Virus record (IMG/VR): IMGVR_UViG_2609460060_000003
Location: 31,136-95,135 of that record
DNA length: 64,000 bases
Reading direction: 5' to 3' (one strand)
Origin: a virus
Taxonomy: Duplodnaviria > Heunggongvirae > Uroviricota > Caudoviricetes
Below are positions 63,021 through 64,000 of the stretch, in pieces. Every line of letters starts with the position of its first letter. The first letter of the stretch is position 1. The notes beneath the pieces were generated by a model that worked only from the letters and a program-made list of their open reading frames with translations, was not told where the DNA came from and made no database searches. The position numbers and the translations under genes were made by a program.

Positions 63021-63043
63021 TTAACAAGTGACTAGTGTTAAAT
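63021..63043 (+). promoter_or_regulatory. late-promoter-like element upstream of the head gene at window end
   Basis: AACAAGTGACT + 5 nt + TAAATT, ~45 bp before the TTG start at 63087. Confidence 0.35.
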
Positions 63044-63077
63044 TCCGTTCAAACACGATGCGAATTATTCTAATTAA

Positions 63078-64000
<923 letters not shown>

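Overview
This 64-kb window reads as a P1-type temperate phage-plasmid of Enterobacteriaceae. Backbone, left to right: kilA (3' part) and repL; a hok/mok-like locus; a minus-strand late structural operon (tube, sheath, major head protein); parS-parB-parA; incA iterons, repA, incC/oriR; spanin-like and PAAR-like genes; uhr-hrdC-dmt; a tRNA cluster (Asn, Thr, Ile plus a class II tRNA-like element); tciABC; ban; a baseplate operon; a long plus-strand accessory block; hot-humD-phd-doc; pdcB-lpa-pacA(pac)-pacB; an icd/ant-like module; c1-coi with C1 operators; loxP-cre; ref; mat; lxc-ulx-darB; and the 5' end of a head gene. The strongest candidate for an undescribed system is a single 434-aa SIR2-family gene in an AT-rich island at 54179-55483, sitting where P1 carries its type III res-mod cassette (absent here). 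Other accessory elements are a T5orf172/GIY-YIG-like gene between incA and the par operon, and a second antirepressor module beside c1. All calls come from reading translated ORFs, motifs and repeats by eye; no database search, alignment or folding was run, and P1 gene names and lengths are recalled from memory. Start codons are approximate because the ORF track reports the longest frame and accepts GTG/TTG starts.
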